From Octopus sinensis (taxonomy: Eukaryota): 64,000 nt of DNA. The position numbers were made by a program, and so were the translations under genes. The stretch is taken from contig NC_043003.1 in NCBI RefSeq assembly GCF_006345805.1, positions 26,536,001-26,600,000 of the forward strand, read 5' to 3'. The notes beneath the pieces were generated by a model. It made no database searches and was not told where the DNA came from. It saw nothing but the letters and a program-made list of their open reading frames with translations. Below are positions 51,684 to 63,868 of this stretch, one piece after another (positions within the stretch are counted from its first letter, which is position 1; each line of letters starts with the position of its first letter).

Positions 51684-51839
51684 AGCTACTGGTGCCAAGT
51701 TTGGATTTGCAGAATCTATGGAACCTCAGAAGATTACAGCCATGAAGAAAAACCTTGCTGAAGTGAACATGGAGAATTTGAAGTCTTCCGAAGTGAATTT
51801 ATTAGCAGAAAACATCTCTGATGATTCCAGCAGTGAATC
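51684..51839 (+). CDS. EXOSC9: RRP45 coding exon, 156 nt
   Basis: ttgcttgcag|A...GAA TC|gtatct; ATGAKFGFAESMEPQKITAMKKNLAEVNMENLKSSEVNLLAENISDDSSSE(S); KFGFAES motif. The donor is weaker, so the 3' end is less certain. Confidence 0.85.
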
Positions 51840-52377
51840 GTATCTTTACAGAGCACATTTGTTGTTATTATTGTTGTTGTTTATTATCGGGTGTCGTGGC
51901 AGGTGGGGGTGAATGCAGCTTGGATTTGAGCAGTTCTATGATCAAAGGCAATCTAACTGTGACCATCCTGTCTTTTTGCTTATCTAAGAATACATAATCC
52001 AATGTATTCTTAATTGTTGTTGTTACTGTTGGTTATGCCCAGACCAGCTCTGGTCAAGCAAACTTGTGGTCAAAGGGAATCCATCTGGCAGATGTCCTCT
52101 TTTGTGTGTGTATGTGTTTATGTGTCTGCGTAGTCCGATGTCTTGGTTTCAATTAATTTTGAAAATAATTTTTAGTCATTAGACTGTGGCCATGCTGGGG
52201 CACCACTTTGAAGAATTTTTAGTTGAATGCATCAACCCCAATCCTTATGTTTTTGAGTCTGGTACTTATTCTCTCGATCTCTTTTGCTGAACCACAAAGT
52301 TATGGAGATGTAAACAAGCCAACACTGGTTGTCAAGTGATGGTCTCACACACACACGATGTGTTTCTTTCAGTTTCT

Positions 52378-52602
52378 TATTTCTTTACTATCCACAAGGG
52401 GCTAAACACAGAGGGGACAAACAAAGATAGACAAATGGATTAAGTCGATTATATCAACCCCAGTGCGTAACTGGTACTCATTTAATCAACTCTGAAAGGA
52501 TGAAAGGCAAAGTTGACCTCAGTCGAATTTGAACTCACAACGTAGCGGCAGACGAAATACTGCTAAGCATTTCACCCGGTGTGGTTCTGCCAGCTCGCTG
52601 CC
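52378..52602 (-). mobile_element. SINE family B inserted into a family A SINE, with a 15-bp target-site duplication
   Basis: TTTCTTTCAGTTTCT at 52363-52377 and 52603-52617. Confidence 0.85.
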
Positions 52603-53145
52603 TTTCTTTCAGTTTCTGCCTACCGAATCCACTCACAAAGCTTTGGATGACCCGAGGTTATAGTAGAAGGCGCTTGTCCAAGGTGCTGCGCAGTGGGACT
52701 GAATCCAGAACCATGTGGTCAGGAAGCAAACTCCTTAAGACCACACAGCCAAAGAATTTGTTGAAATAACTTTGTCATTATTAAGTTGGTGTTTGGAACA
52801 TTTTGGAACACATATTAACAAGGAATTTTGATAGAATATCATTGAACCAGGGACAGTCTCTAATGTATTGGTATAATGGTTAAATTGTGAAGAATTTAAT
52901 TAATAATTATGTCATTATTAAGTTAGTGTCTGGAACATAAATTACACAGGGAATTTTTATGGAATGTTTCAAGTTAGATTTCTTAGAAATAGAATTTATA
53001 TCATAGAATTCGTGGGGAGGGTCATAGGCAAGTTGCTGTCAAAATGGTTAATTTAGCAGGATTGTTTTGAGCTAGATTTTGTTGTTATTTCTTTGTTTTG
53101 TTTTTGTTTTTTTTTCTTCTATAATTGATTTCCTTAACTGATCAG

Positions 53146-53179
53146 CAGCAGTGATTCCAGTGAATCCATTAGGCTGTGG
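53146..53179 (+). CDS. EXOSC9: RRP45 34-nt microexon with a CAGCAGCAG tandem acceptor
   Basis: Pyrimidine tract then atcag|C AGC AGT GAT TCC AGT GAA TCC ATT AGG CTG TGG|gtaagt; bridges phase 2 to phase 0 and gives IRLW-GAGTAKLG, similar to human PVLW-TPGTAQIG as recalled. Confidence 0.8.
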
Positions 53180-53232
53180 GTAAGTCATATTGCTAAATTA
53201 AGAATTCTATGGAAAGAATGAAGTTAAGCCAT

Positions 53233-53288
<56 letters not shown>

Positions 53289-53549
53289 ATATAGCCTAAG
53301 TTTGTTCTAAGCCTTGTGAGTGATTTGGGGTTGATGGAAAATGCTTCCATACAACATCCATCTCATGAATTTTAAACAGTCTGTATGTATAATTCGTATC
53401 TTAGTGTTACACTAAGATTCTAAAATGGATGTAGAAAATATGAAGGTTTGCTTTGGTGTAATGGTTAGCACACCCCTCATATTCACAGGAAATGTTGGTT
53501 CATGTTCCACAGGCATCATTTGACTTCTTTCTATCTATAGCTTTATCTA

Positions 53550-54112
53550 TTGGGTTGTCCGGAAAGTTCATGCCGATTTATAGTAGCTTACCTTTTGACT
53601 TATTTTAGAACATAGTTGAGTCTATAAAATAGGATTTGACTACACCTCCATTTAGAGCACAGTTTAAGCTATCTTTTCGTGGAAGAAGATTTATGTTCCT
53701 AAAACCTGTGTTAATTCTGTAACCCTTTAAAATGGAAGATAAGAAAGTTCATTTTCGGCACTTGATGCTTTGGGAACCAAACGAAAATTGCTGCAGCTTG
53801 GCTGGGATGTGTTACCCCATCCTCCATATTCACCAGATATCCTTCGGATTTCCACTTAATTCAGGTCTCTGCAGAATAGTCTTAATGGCAAAAATTTCAA
53901 TTCTTTGGATGGCATAAAAAGATATCTTGATGAATTCTTTGCCATGAAACCACCTCAATTCTGGGAAGAGGGTATTTTCAAGTTAAAGGAAAGATGGAGA
54001 TGCATTGTGCAACAAAATGGTTCATATTTGGTTGATTAAAAATGTAATGGCAAGTATTTATTGACCTTTTTCTTTCCTTTAAAAATCGGCACAAACTTTC
54101 CGGACAACCCAA
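53550..54112 (+). mobile_element. Internally deleted mariner
   Basis: TA-TTGGGTTGTCCGGAAAG and CTTTCCGGACAACCCAA-TA termini; MEDKKVHFRHLMLW N-terminus and PYSPD..RSLQNSLNG...WEEGIFKLKERW C-terminus. Confidence 0.92.
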
Positions 54113-54315
54113 TACTTTGAATTCTACCAAGAAAAAAATATGATTTACTTTAATTCTCTTGAAATTTCTAAATTCTTACAAGGTAAAAATATATATATAT
54201 ATATATATATATGTGTGTATGTATGCGGGTGTATGTCTGTGCATGTTTGCATATATATGTGTGTGTGTGAGTGAGTGAGTGTGTACATAATGTATCAATA
54301 TGGTATTTGTTTCAG

Positions 54316-54469
54316 GGTGCTGGAACTGCCAAACTGGGAAGAAACAGTTCTGATATTTCAAGTAGTGATGACAACTCAGAAGTGATGGAGCTCAGTCCTC
54401 CCCACCCAGCTGTTGCCGTTCCTCCTCGTCCAGCAAAACCAAAGTCAACTCTTCCACCAGCAGAATCAG
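54316..54469 (+). CDS. EXOSC9: RRP45 C-terminal-region exon, 154 nt
   Basis: ttgtttcag|GGT...TCA G|gtaaag; GAGTAKLGRNSSDISSSDDNSEVMELSPPHPAVAVPPRPAKPKSTLPPAES. Confidence 0.85.
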
Positions 54470-54603
54470 GTAAAGTGTTATTGTTGTTATGAACCCCCAA
54501 ATGCAGCTATAATCCATTAAATCTATGGATGGTGATAAATGTACCAAGCCTGCTAATTTGGTAGTAGTTGTGCCGGTAGGGTGGTGGTAATGGTGGTGGA
54601 GAA

Positions 54604-54785
54604 AGGCGGCGAGCTGGCAGAACTGTTAGCACACTGGGCGAAATGCTCAGTGGTATTTTGCCCGTACTCCATTCTGAGTTCAAATTCTGCCAAGGTCGAC
54701 TTTGTCTTTCATCCTTTCGGGGTTGATAAATTAAGTACCAGTGAAACACTGGGGTCGATGTAATCAACCAGTCCCATCCCCTGGA
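54604..54785 (+). mobile_element. SINE family B
   Basis: GGCGAGCTGGCAGAA head and Nin-like core. Further copies at about 1-70(-), 33620-33808(-), 34730-35148(-, two), 41067-41280(+), 60286-60735(+, two) and 63163-63370(+). Confidence 0.85.
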
Positions 54786-57082
54786 ATCTTTGTTGCTGTA
54801 ACCAACTGAGTGCCACCAGCCATGTACAGAAACTGGCCTGATTTTGTATCCCGAGAAATATGTAGCCTAGGTTACAATAAAAAATTCTTGCCATTGCCAT
54901 GAACTCTACCACTGCCACAAGTATAGTAGAGCATTGGATGAGATACCTTGCTCAGTACATTAGTTCCCTGCTGAAGTTAACCATTTTAGCCAAACCTTGG
55001 GCAAGAACCCAATGAGGAGAATTAGTGTTTATCTCTGTCACATTAATCGGACGAGAGACATAAATTGTTTCCTCCTGAATCAGACATAAATAGCTTTCAC
55101 CCACCCCCTCACTGTGTGGAAGGAGCTGGACATCACTGTGTGGAAGGAGCTGGACGCAGTCCTGTATGTCAGTGGACCACTTGTCAAGTCCATAGTGCTA
55201 CCATTGCTTGCTCACAGGGATGAGTTAGATATGATAGTCATCAATCATTCTGTGATATGTATTTACAATTAGTTGGTATCTTTCTCAATAATCTCATATA
55301 CTCCATCAGCTTAGCGTATATGCTCCCTGCTGAACTTAGCCATTTTACCCAAAGCGCAGGCAAGGACCAAATGAGAGGAGACAGCATTTATCTCTGTTGC
55401 ATTAATTGTATGAGAGACATCCTGTGGAATGCATTTACAATTAGTTGGTATTTTCCTCAATAATTTCGTATATTCCACCAGCTCAGCACATTTGCTCTCT
55501 GCTAAAGTTAACTATTTTACCGAAATCTTGGGCAGGGACCCAATGAGGGGACACAGCATTGATTTCTGTCATGTTAATTGAACAAGAGACAAAATTGTTT
55601 CCTCCGGAATCAGACACAAATAGCTTTCCTCCCACCCACTGTGTGAAAGGAACTGGATGTTGTCCTGCATGTCAGTGAACCCCTCGTCAAGTCCACAGTG
55701 CTACCACCAGTTACTGGGATGAGTTACATCTGATAGTCATCAATCGCCTTGTGTTATATATGTACAACTAGTAGGATGAACTCTGATCCTTAAGTGTCGT
55801 TTACAGACGAAAACTGCTGTATATATCTCTAGCAGAACGCGAACTACCTATCTGTCGGTCGCCTCTCCAAGGTTCTATTCATTGCGTTATCTTCCCCTTA
55901 TTACGGACGGACCCCCTATACCATCTCTGCGTATATGCATGCAGGCAACATGCCTGCTTGATAGGAACATACATATAAGGATGGTAACGTACATTATTAA
56001 GTACAGAAAGTTTTACGTTTTTTGTAAAGGGAGATAACTTATGTAAGTAAATATTGGAGTAGTTGCCCTTGCTTATTTTTTTTTTTGGTCAAAATCAGTG
56101 TTCGTGTGCTCCATACTTCTGGAAAACTTAGAATGTTTTTGTGCTGGGCAAGGTAACACATTGATGTGTATTTTAATATAAATATATATGGGTGGGAACT
56201 AAACCATAATATGAATGGATGAGATTGCGGGATAGTAAGAAATTTAAGATTTGTTATTGTACAACCCTAGGTCAGTCTTAATCCTGTAGACCAATAATCA
56301 GAGCTGTTTTGGCCTGACAATCCTGTTTTTTTTTCATGTATAGGGTAGTGAGCACACATTATCCAGTGTGTCCTTGTTTTTTTGTTTTTTTTTAGATATA
56401 ATGTAGTGTGAATGAGTGACATTCGGCTACTAATTCCAGCAGGTCTGGTGAGCATTTAGATACTTCTTCGTTAGCTCAATGAAGAAATATATATGTCTTA
56501 GACATGAGTTCAAATCTTATTGCTGTCATTGTGTAGTATTCCTGGATGATGTCCTTCATTCTGTTTACCTCAGTCTACCTGACTGATGAGAGAAAAAATA
56601 TGTCTACAAATATTTTTTTTTTTAACCTAGTTTAGTCAATGTTTGAACTGATCTGTAATGAAATACGTTCCAGCAATCTCCATTCTGCCTTTTTGCTGAG
56701 CTAGAACCCATGTAGCCTTCCTTTCTTACAAAGGCAGTAGTTGATTTTAAAGAATTTGACTGCTATTTCCAACAGGTTGAGAGATTCCACCCTGTTCATT
56801 TAGAGGCTTCCCCATTGGCTTATTTCAAATGTCTGTGGTTGATCATTATTTTTTTCTCTTGAACAGCAGTCTTCACACAAAGCATCAATACCGTTATCTG
56901 CCCTTGCTACAAACACATCTGGATTTTCAAACCTTTTTGTAAATAAGTTTTTGGCCATATTGATCAAATTTGGGATATTCAGTAATAATCATGGATAAAA
57001 TAAAAGGGACCATGATACAATGCAATAACAACCACTTTGTAATTTTTAAAATTTATTTTCATTTTATTTATTTTTTTTTCAG

Positions 57083-57167
57083 ATATCATAAATATTGATG
57101 ATGACAGTGAAGATGATGTGAAGGTCATACAAAAGACTCCAGATTTTGCACAGAAAGATGAATCTAG
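57083..57167 (+). CDS. EXOSC9: RRP45 C-terminal-region exon, 85 nt, with a SIM-like acidic motif
   Basis: ttttttttcag|AT...TCT AG|gtacaa; (D)IINIDDDSEDDVKVIQKTPDFAQKDES; phase 1 in, phase 2 out. Confidence 0.82.
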
Positions 57168-57902
57168 GTACAATAATGTTTATGATTCTTTCTCTTGGTC
57201 AACATTATTTCTGTCTGTCTGTCTCTCTCCCCCCTCTATCTCCTCCCTCTATGTGTGTGTGTATTGTGTATGTATGCATGTTTAAATATATGTATTTATA
57301 AATGTATATTCTTTTTTTCTTTTACATGTTTCAGCCCTAAGTCTGTGGCCATGCTGGAGTATCAGTTTATATATAAACATATAAATGTATGTTTATATGC
57401 ATGTATAGAGTAGATTTGTTCAGCGAAACCCTTATGTAAACTCCAGTATGGCTACGGTCCAGTGAATGAAACAAGTAAAAAAAAGATTAAGGATTAAGGA
57501 TGTGACTGTGTGACCCCTCCTCCCTCACTTCTTGCTATATCATCTATGGGTTTTTTCCTCTCCAACAAGTAAGTTCCCTTTGAAAATGGGAGGGCCAAGT
57601 GGAAGGAAGGAGGCAAGGCTTCCTACATACAAATTTCAAAACACACACACACACGACTCTTCTCATCCATTAATCCTTTAACATTTAAACCAGCCCTTTC
57701 TGGCCAACATATTCTACGTGTTTTATGTTCAAACTGGTGAGGTCTGGCCTCTCGCAGTAACCCTTGTGTTTTTCCTCTCCAACAAATAGGTTCTGTTGAA
57801 AATAGGAAGGCCAAGAGAACAGTAGAAAGAAGGAAGTAGACAGCACTTCCTACATGCAAACTTAAAAAAACACATACACACACACACACTTCTTCTCATC
57901 CC

Positions 57903-58129
57903 TTAATCCATTAGCATTTAAATAAGCCATAGCTGGTCAAAATATCCTGTCTGTTTTATGTTCAAATTGGTCAGATTTGGCCTCTCTTAGCAACCCTACA
58001 ATATCGTTCTAAAACTTAAGTTTCCTCATCAAAATATCGAAGTTACATGAGAGTCCATGGATTAATTCAAAACAGTGTGAATAAATCAGCATTACTTTTG
58101 ACAAAATAATATGAATGCCAAAGGGTTAG
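57903..58129. mobile_element. piggyBac-like MITE, uninterrupted
   Basis: TTAA-TCCATTAGCATTTAAA...GCCAAAGGG-TTAG. Confidence 0.7.
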
Positions 58130-59917
58130 AAAGCAAAGCAATAATGACTAAAAAAAAAAGTAGCCCCAAAAGGAAGGAATCTCTTATATAAAGATATTTC
58201 TTCTCCCTGCAACAGGCCCTTCTCAACTCACTCCCCATACTTTCTTCTATTTATGTTAAATCTTTATTCCCTCCCCTCCTCTCTCTGTTTGTCTTGTCTG
58301 TCTCCAATCCTTTTTCTTATTTGTTTCCTTTCCTGAGAATATTTTAGCCCCTTGAGTGTATGTTGTGTGAATTCTGTGTGTATTTGTGTGTGTGTGTGAA
58401 TTCTGTGTGTATGTATCTTTATCAGTGTGTGAGAGTGTGTGTGTATATGTATTTATATTTGGGAGATTGTGCATGCTTTAATTAAGTAGTGTGTGAGTTA
58501 CACACACACTCACATAAGTATGAATCTAGACAGATAGTGATGATGATGGTTCGCCGTGATGACATTGATGTGGTAATGTAGAGAGAGAATGAATGTGTGT
58601 GTGTGTGTGTACAGAGATTTTGTGTATGTGGAGATGTGTATATGTAAATATATGCATATATATATATATGTATGTATGTATGTATCCTCACATACATGTA
58701 AATGTGTGTGTATTTGTTTGAGTATGTGTTAATGATATGTATGTGTCGTTCTTATATATATATATGTGTGTGTGCATGTGTGCACATATTGGGTAAATAA
58801 AAGATGGAGGAAGGTGGTGGGGGTGACTGAGAGAGGGGAGAACGGTGGTGGTGGTGGTGGTGGGGGAGCTTGCAGAACTGGTTTTCAAGTTACTAACAAA
58901 CATACTTAGTTACCACAAAGTACTTCCTCGGTTTTCCTGTTGAGGGGAGGGGGAGATCTCAGATCGGAGTGCGGTGGGGGGAAGGTCGTTTAATAGTTTG
59001 GTGTTGGGACTACTGGTGTAGCACTGTGGGTGGGTTGGTGTATTGGTGACTGGTTATAGTTTTGGCATTGGTTATGATGATGATGATGGTGCTGGTGAAA
59101 AAGTAGCATTGATGTTGTCACCGTTGGTGTTTAGCCCTTGGTCAGTTCTGATGAGGAGGTCTATGATCTAAAGTGTTCTATTTGTAACCATCCATGTTGT
59201 TTCCCCACCTCCTCCTTCGTGAAGGTGACTTAGGACCACATTATTTGACGTGTCCCTTATCTAAGGGTGATAGAGTGATTTGATGGAAATTTGGCTGTTT
59301 ATTTTAACAGGTCGAGTAATCATCTAGAGGCCACCTCATTGGTTTGGCAATGGGGTGATGGTGGTGGTGGTGGTGGTGGTAGTAGTACCCTGTTATCACT
59401 GTGGTGGTGGTTGTGATAAAGTACAGAGGGAGGGTGTGGTGACCTAGTACAGACTAAATGTCAGGGTGCCCCATCACCAACACCACCACCGACAGTCAGC
59501 CACCATCTGCTTATAGGTCATCCCTTCCCACTATAGAGGCAAGTCCCTCCCTGTCCCTATGCACTCTCACTCACTACCGTGTATACCTGCCAGGGTACCA
59601 TACTATTTCACTATAAGCTTTATTATGGAAAAAAACTGAGTAGTAGTGGGTGCAAGGGGTTTTCAGTTACACCCTTTTTTTTTTTAAGGGGGAGGTTGGG
59701 CGAAATGTATATGTGCACACACACGTGTGTGTGTATATATAGGCATAGCTGTGGAGATTAAGAAGTTTGGTTTGTAACCGCTTGGTTCCTGGTTCAATCT
59801 CACAGCACAGTAACTTCAGTAATAGCACTGCATCCACTAAGTACTGGTATTAATGTCATTGAATAATCCCCTCTGCCAAAATTTGAAACTATTATCAATA
59901 TTATTATTATTATTATT

Positions 59918-60283
59918 AAGAGAACCATCTGAACGTGGCCGTAGCCAGCGCCGCTCTGACTGGCCTCTGTGCCGGTGGCACGTAAAAAGCACCATCCGAT
60001 CGTGGCCGTTTGCCAGCTTCGTCTGGCCTCTGTGCCGGTGGCACGTAAAAAGCACCATCCGATCGTGGCCGTTTGCCAGCTTCGTCTGGCACCTGTGCCG
60101 GTGGCACGTAAAAAGCACCCACTACTCTCACGGAGTGGTTGGCGTTAGGAAGGGCATCCAGCTGTAGAAACACTGCCAGATCAGACTGGGCCTGGTGCAG
60201 CCTTCTGGCTTCCCGAACCCCAGTTGAACCGTCCAACCCATGCTAGCATGGAAAGCGAACGTTAAACGATGATGATGATGATT
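59918..60283 (+). mobile_element. RTE 3'-end fragment with about 61-bp internal tandem units
   Basis: Repeated GTGCCGGTGGCACGTAAAAAGCACC, ending in (GAT)n. Confidence 0.85.
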
Positions 60284-60737
60284 ATGGCAGTGAGCTGGCA
60301 GAATCGTTAGCACACCGGGAGAAATGCTTAGCAGTATCTTGTCTGTCGTTACATTCTGAGTTCAAATTCAGCCGAGGTTGAGTTTGCCTTTCTTCCTGTC
60401 GGGATCGATATAAAATGAGTACCAGTTATGCACTGGGGCTGATGTAATTGACTTAGTCCCTTCCCCCAAATTTGAGGCCTTGTGCTTCCAGTAAAAAGGA
60501 TTATTATTATTATTAGTAGTAAGACAGCAAGCTGGCAGAATCATTAGCTCGCTGGGCAAAATGCTTAGCAACATTTTGTCCATCTTTATGTTCTGAGTTC
60601 AAATTCCGCTGAGCTTGACTTTGCCTTTCATCTTTTCTGGGTCGATAAATTAAGTATCAGTCAAGTACTGGGGTCGATGTAATTGATTAGTCCCCTCTCC
60701 CCAAATTTCAGGCCTTGTGCCTATAGTAGAAAAGATT

Positions 60738-61976
60738 CAGTGCCGGTGGCACACACTTTGTGATACCAGTGCCGGTGGCACACATGAGAACCATCCGAAC
60801 GTGGCCGTAGCCAGTTCCGCATCGACCGGCCTCCGTGCTGTGGGCACGTAACAAACACCATCCGATCATGGCCGTTCGCCAGCCTCATCTGGCACCTGTG
60901 TCGGTGGCACATAAAAACACCTTCCGAAGACCCGGCAAGACTAGTCAGTCCACCTGTGCATACCTTCCTTCCTTCTTGTGACACTTGTGAAGACCGTTGA
61001 GGCAAGTGAAAATCAAATCAAATCAAATCAAAATAGACAAATAGATGAACATCAATGGAATTTGTATCTTGTGGTACCAGTGCCTGTGCCTGTGGCACAC
61101 AAGAAATCCATCAGTGCCGTAGTCAGTGCGGTGGGCACATGACAAACACCATCCTATCGTGGCCGTTCGCCAGCCTCATCTAGCACCTGTGTCGGTGGCA
61201 CATAAAAACACCATCCGAAGACCCGCAAGACTAGTCAGGCCATACCCATGGCCCCTACCTGGGACGTAGTCAGTCCACCTGTGCATACCTTCCTTCTTGT
61301 GACACTTGTGAAGACCTGTTGAGGCAAGTGAAAATCAAATCAAATCAAACAAATCAAAATATGAACATCATGGAATTTGTATCTTGTGGTACCAGTGCCG
61401 GTGGCACGTGGCACATAAAAACCATCCGACTGGCCGTAGCCAGTACCGCATCGACTGGCCTCCGTGCTGTGGGCACGTAACAAGCACCATCCGATCGTGG
61501 CCGTTTGCCAGCCTCATCTGGCACCTGTGTCGGTGGCACATAAAAACACCATCCGAGCGTGGCCGTCTGCCAGCCTCGTCTGGCACCTGTGTCGGTGCAC
61601 ATAAAAACACCATCCGAGCGTGGCCGTCTGCCAGCCTCGTCAGGCACCTGTGTCGGTGGCACTAAAAACACCATCCGAGCGTGGCCGTCTGCCGTCTGCC
61701 GCCTCGTCTGGCACCTGTGTCGGTGGCACATAAAAAACACACATCCGAGCGTGGCCGTCTGTCAGCCTCGTCTGGCACCTGTGTCGGTGGCACATAAAAT
61801 CACCCACTACACTCTCGGAGTGGTTGGGTAGGAAGGGCATCCAGCTGTAGAAACACTGCCAGATCTGACTGGACTGGTGCAGCTTTCGGGCTCCCCAGAC
61901 CCCAGTTGAACCGTCCAACCCATGCTAGCATGGAAAGCGGACGTTAAATGATGATGATGATGATGATGATGATGAT
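60738..61976 (+). mobile_element. Expanded RTE 3'UTR with nested tandem duplications
   Basis: Blocks of about 320 bp containing (AAATC)n, then about six units of roughly 61 bp, ending in (GAT)n. Confidence 0.8.
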
Positions 61977-61980
61977 TGTG

Positions 61981-62290
61981 GAGGCACAATGGCCCAGTGG
62001 TTAGGGCAGCGGACTCGTGGTCGTAGGATCATGGTTTCGATTCCCAGACTGGGCATTGTGAGTCTTTATTGAGCGAAAACACCTAAAGCTCCACGAGGCT
62101 CCAGCAGGGGGTGGTGGCGAACCCTGCTGTACTCTCTCACCACAACGTTCTCTCACTCTTTCTTCCTGTTTCTGTTGTACCTATATTTCAAAGAGCCAGC
62201 CTTATCACACTTTGTGTCATGCTGATTCTCCCTGAGAACTACGTTAAGGGTACACGTGTCTGTGGTGTGCTCAGCCACTTGCACATTAAT
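61981..62290 (+). mobile_element. SINE family C
   Basis: Homologous to 21622-21943. Confidence 0.85.
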
Positions 62291-62504
62291 AAATGAACCG
62301 CAACGTCACTGGTGCCAAGCTGTATCAGCCTTTGCCTTTCCCTTGGATAACATCAGTGGCATGGAGAGGGGAGGCTGGTATGCATGGGCGACTGCTGATC
62401 TTCTATAAACAACCTTGCCCGGACTTGTGCCTAGGAGGGTAACTTTCTAGGTGCAATCCCATGCTCATTCATGACCGAAGGGGGTCACAACAACAACAAC
62501 AACA

Positions 62505-62935
62505 ACAATTATTATTATTATAGACGCCGCACAGTATACAATACTGTGAGGTTGTTGATTGAAGATATTGTGTCTACTGGGGGTTTGTACTGTTTGTCAA
62601 GTTACAAGGACCTCAGACAGACGGTACTTTGCGCAATATGCGTGCAGTTCCAAGCAGTACCAACTTTTGCATACATCTAGATTGTAGAGTATTTCTAAGG
62701 TTTTCAGATGTTTTTTTCAAATTGGGTGGTATTGAACCCAATGCTCCTATGACAATAGGGATAACCTTTATGTTCGACTCTCATAGCTGCCACATCTTAG
62801 CGATCTCAATTCTCATGTCTCCATATTTATCAACTTTTTCTCTTTCTTTCATGATGATATGTTGATCTCCTGGCACTGCACTCTTGTCTGTCCCTCCTAA
62901 AGGTTACTATATCTGGCCTTCAGTGCTCTGACACT
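62505..62935 (-). mobile_element. R4/Dong-like non-LTR 3' fragment
   Basis: - strand RPDIV...KEREKVDKYGDMRIEIAKMW...VIPIVIGALGSIP...LVLLGTAHILRKV, followed by a (TAA)n tail. Confidence 0.8.
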
Positions 62936-63057
62936 TTGTTTGTCTGGAAATCAAGGTCCCAGAGGATTTTTGCCTTCCCTTTTTTTGTTCATTACTTTTA
63001 AGGGGAAGGCAAAAATCCTCCTCCTCCTACTACTACTACTACTACTACTACTACCAA

Positions 63058-63155
<98 letters not shown>

Positions 63156-63446
63156 GTTATTAAGGTGGCAAGCTGGCAGAGCCGTTACCATGCCAGGCAA
63201 AAATGCCTAGCAGCATTTTGTCCATCTTTACATTCTGAGTTGAAATTCCACTGAGATCAACTTTACCTTTCATCCTTTTGGGATTGATAAAATAAGTACC
63301 AGTTGGAGACAGGGGGTCGGTGAAACTGACTTAGCACCTCCCTTCAAATTACTGGCCTTGTGCCAAACATTTGAAATTATAATTATCGTTCTTATTACTA
63401 CTACTACCACATTTGTAATTACTATTATTCATATTTATTTCAATAG

Positions 63447-63525
63447 CGGTGATGAAGCTGGTGGCCAGAAACTAACTCTCAGAGAATTACTCATGGCTTT
63501 GAAGAAGAAAAAATGCAGTCAGTGA
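63447..63525 (+). CDS. EXOSC9: Probable terminal coding exon of RRP45
   Basis: tttcaatag|C GGT...CAG TGA; (S)GDEAGGQKLTLRELLMALKKKKCSQ*; correct phase, basic tail as in vertebrate RRP45, AATAAA about 110 nt downstream. Confidence 0.7.
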
Positions 63526-63634
63526 GAAGAAGCAGGGGAACAACAAGAATAACAACAACAATAATAATAGAGACAAGACCTCATCCAGTGCACTACACTG
63601 GAAGTTACATTTTTAATGTTCACTGTCATTTGTA

Positions 63635-63640
63635 AATAAA
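63635..63640 (+). promoter_or_regulatory. Candidate polyadenylation signal of EXOSC9
   Basis: AATAAA after the predicted stop, followed by T/GT-rich sequence. Confidence 0.5.
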
Positions 63641-63868
63641 CCATTTCTGTTGATTAACATTGCTTAGTGTTTTCTTTCTTTCTTTTACTCACTACCTATA
63701 ATGGTTTGATGTCATCTTCATCTTCATTGTTGTTTTAATGTTCACTTTTCTATGCTTGCCTGGGTCACATGGAATTTGTCGTGACAAATTCTTTTACAGC
63801 TGGATGCTCTTCCTGTCATGAACCTTCATCTGTTTCTAAGCAAGTTAATATTTTTCCATGGTCAGACA

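Noticed and set aside
53443-53512. tRNA-like sequence
   Set aside because: A/B-box remnants only; the stems do not close. At most a decayed tRNA or SINE head.
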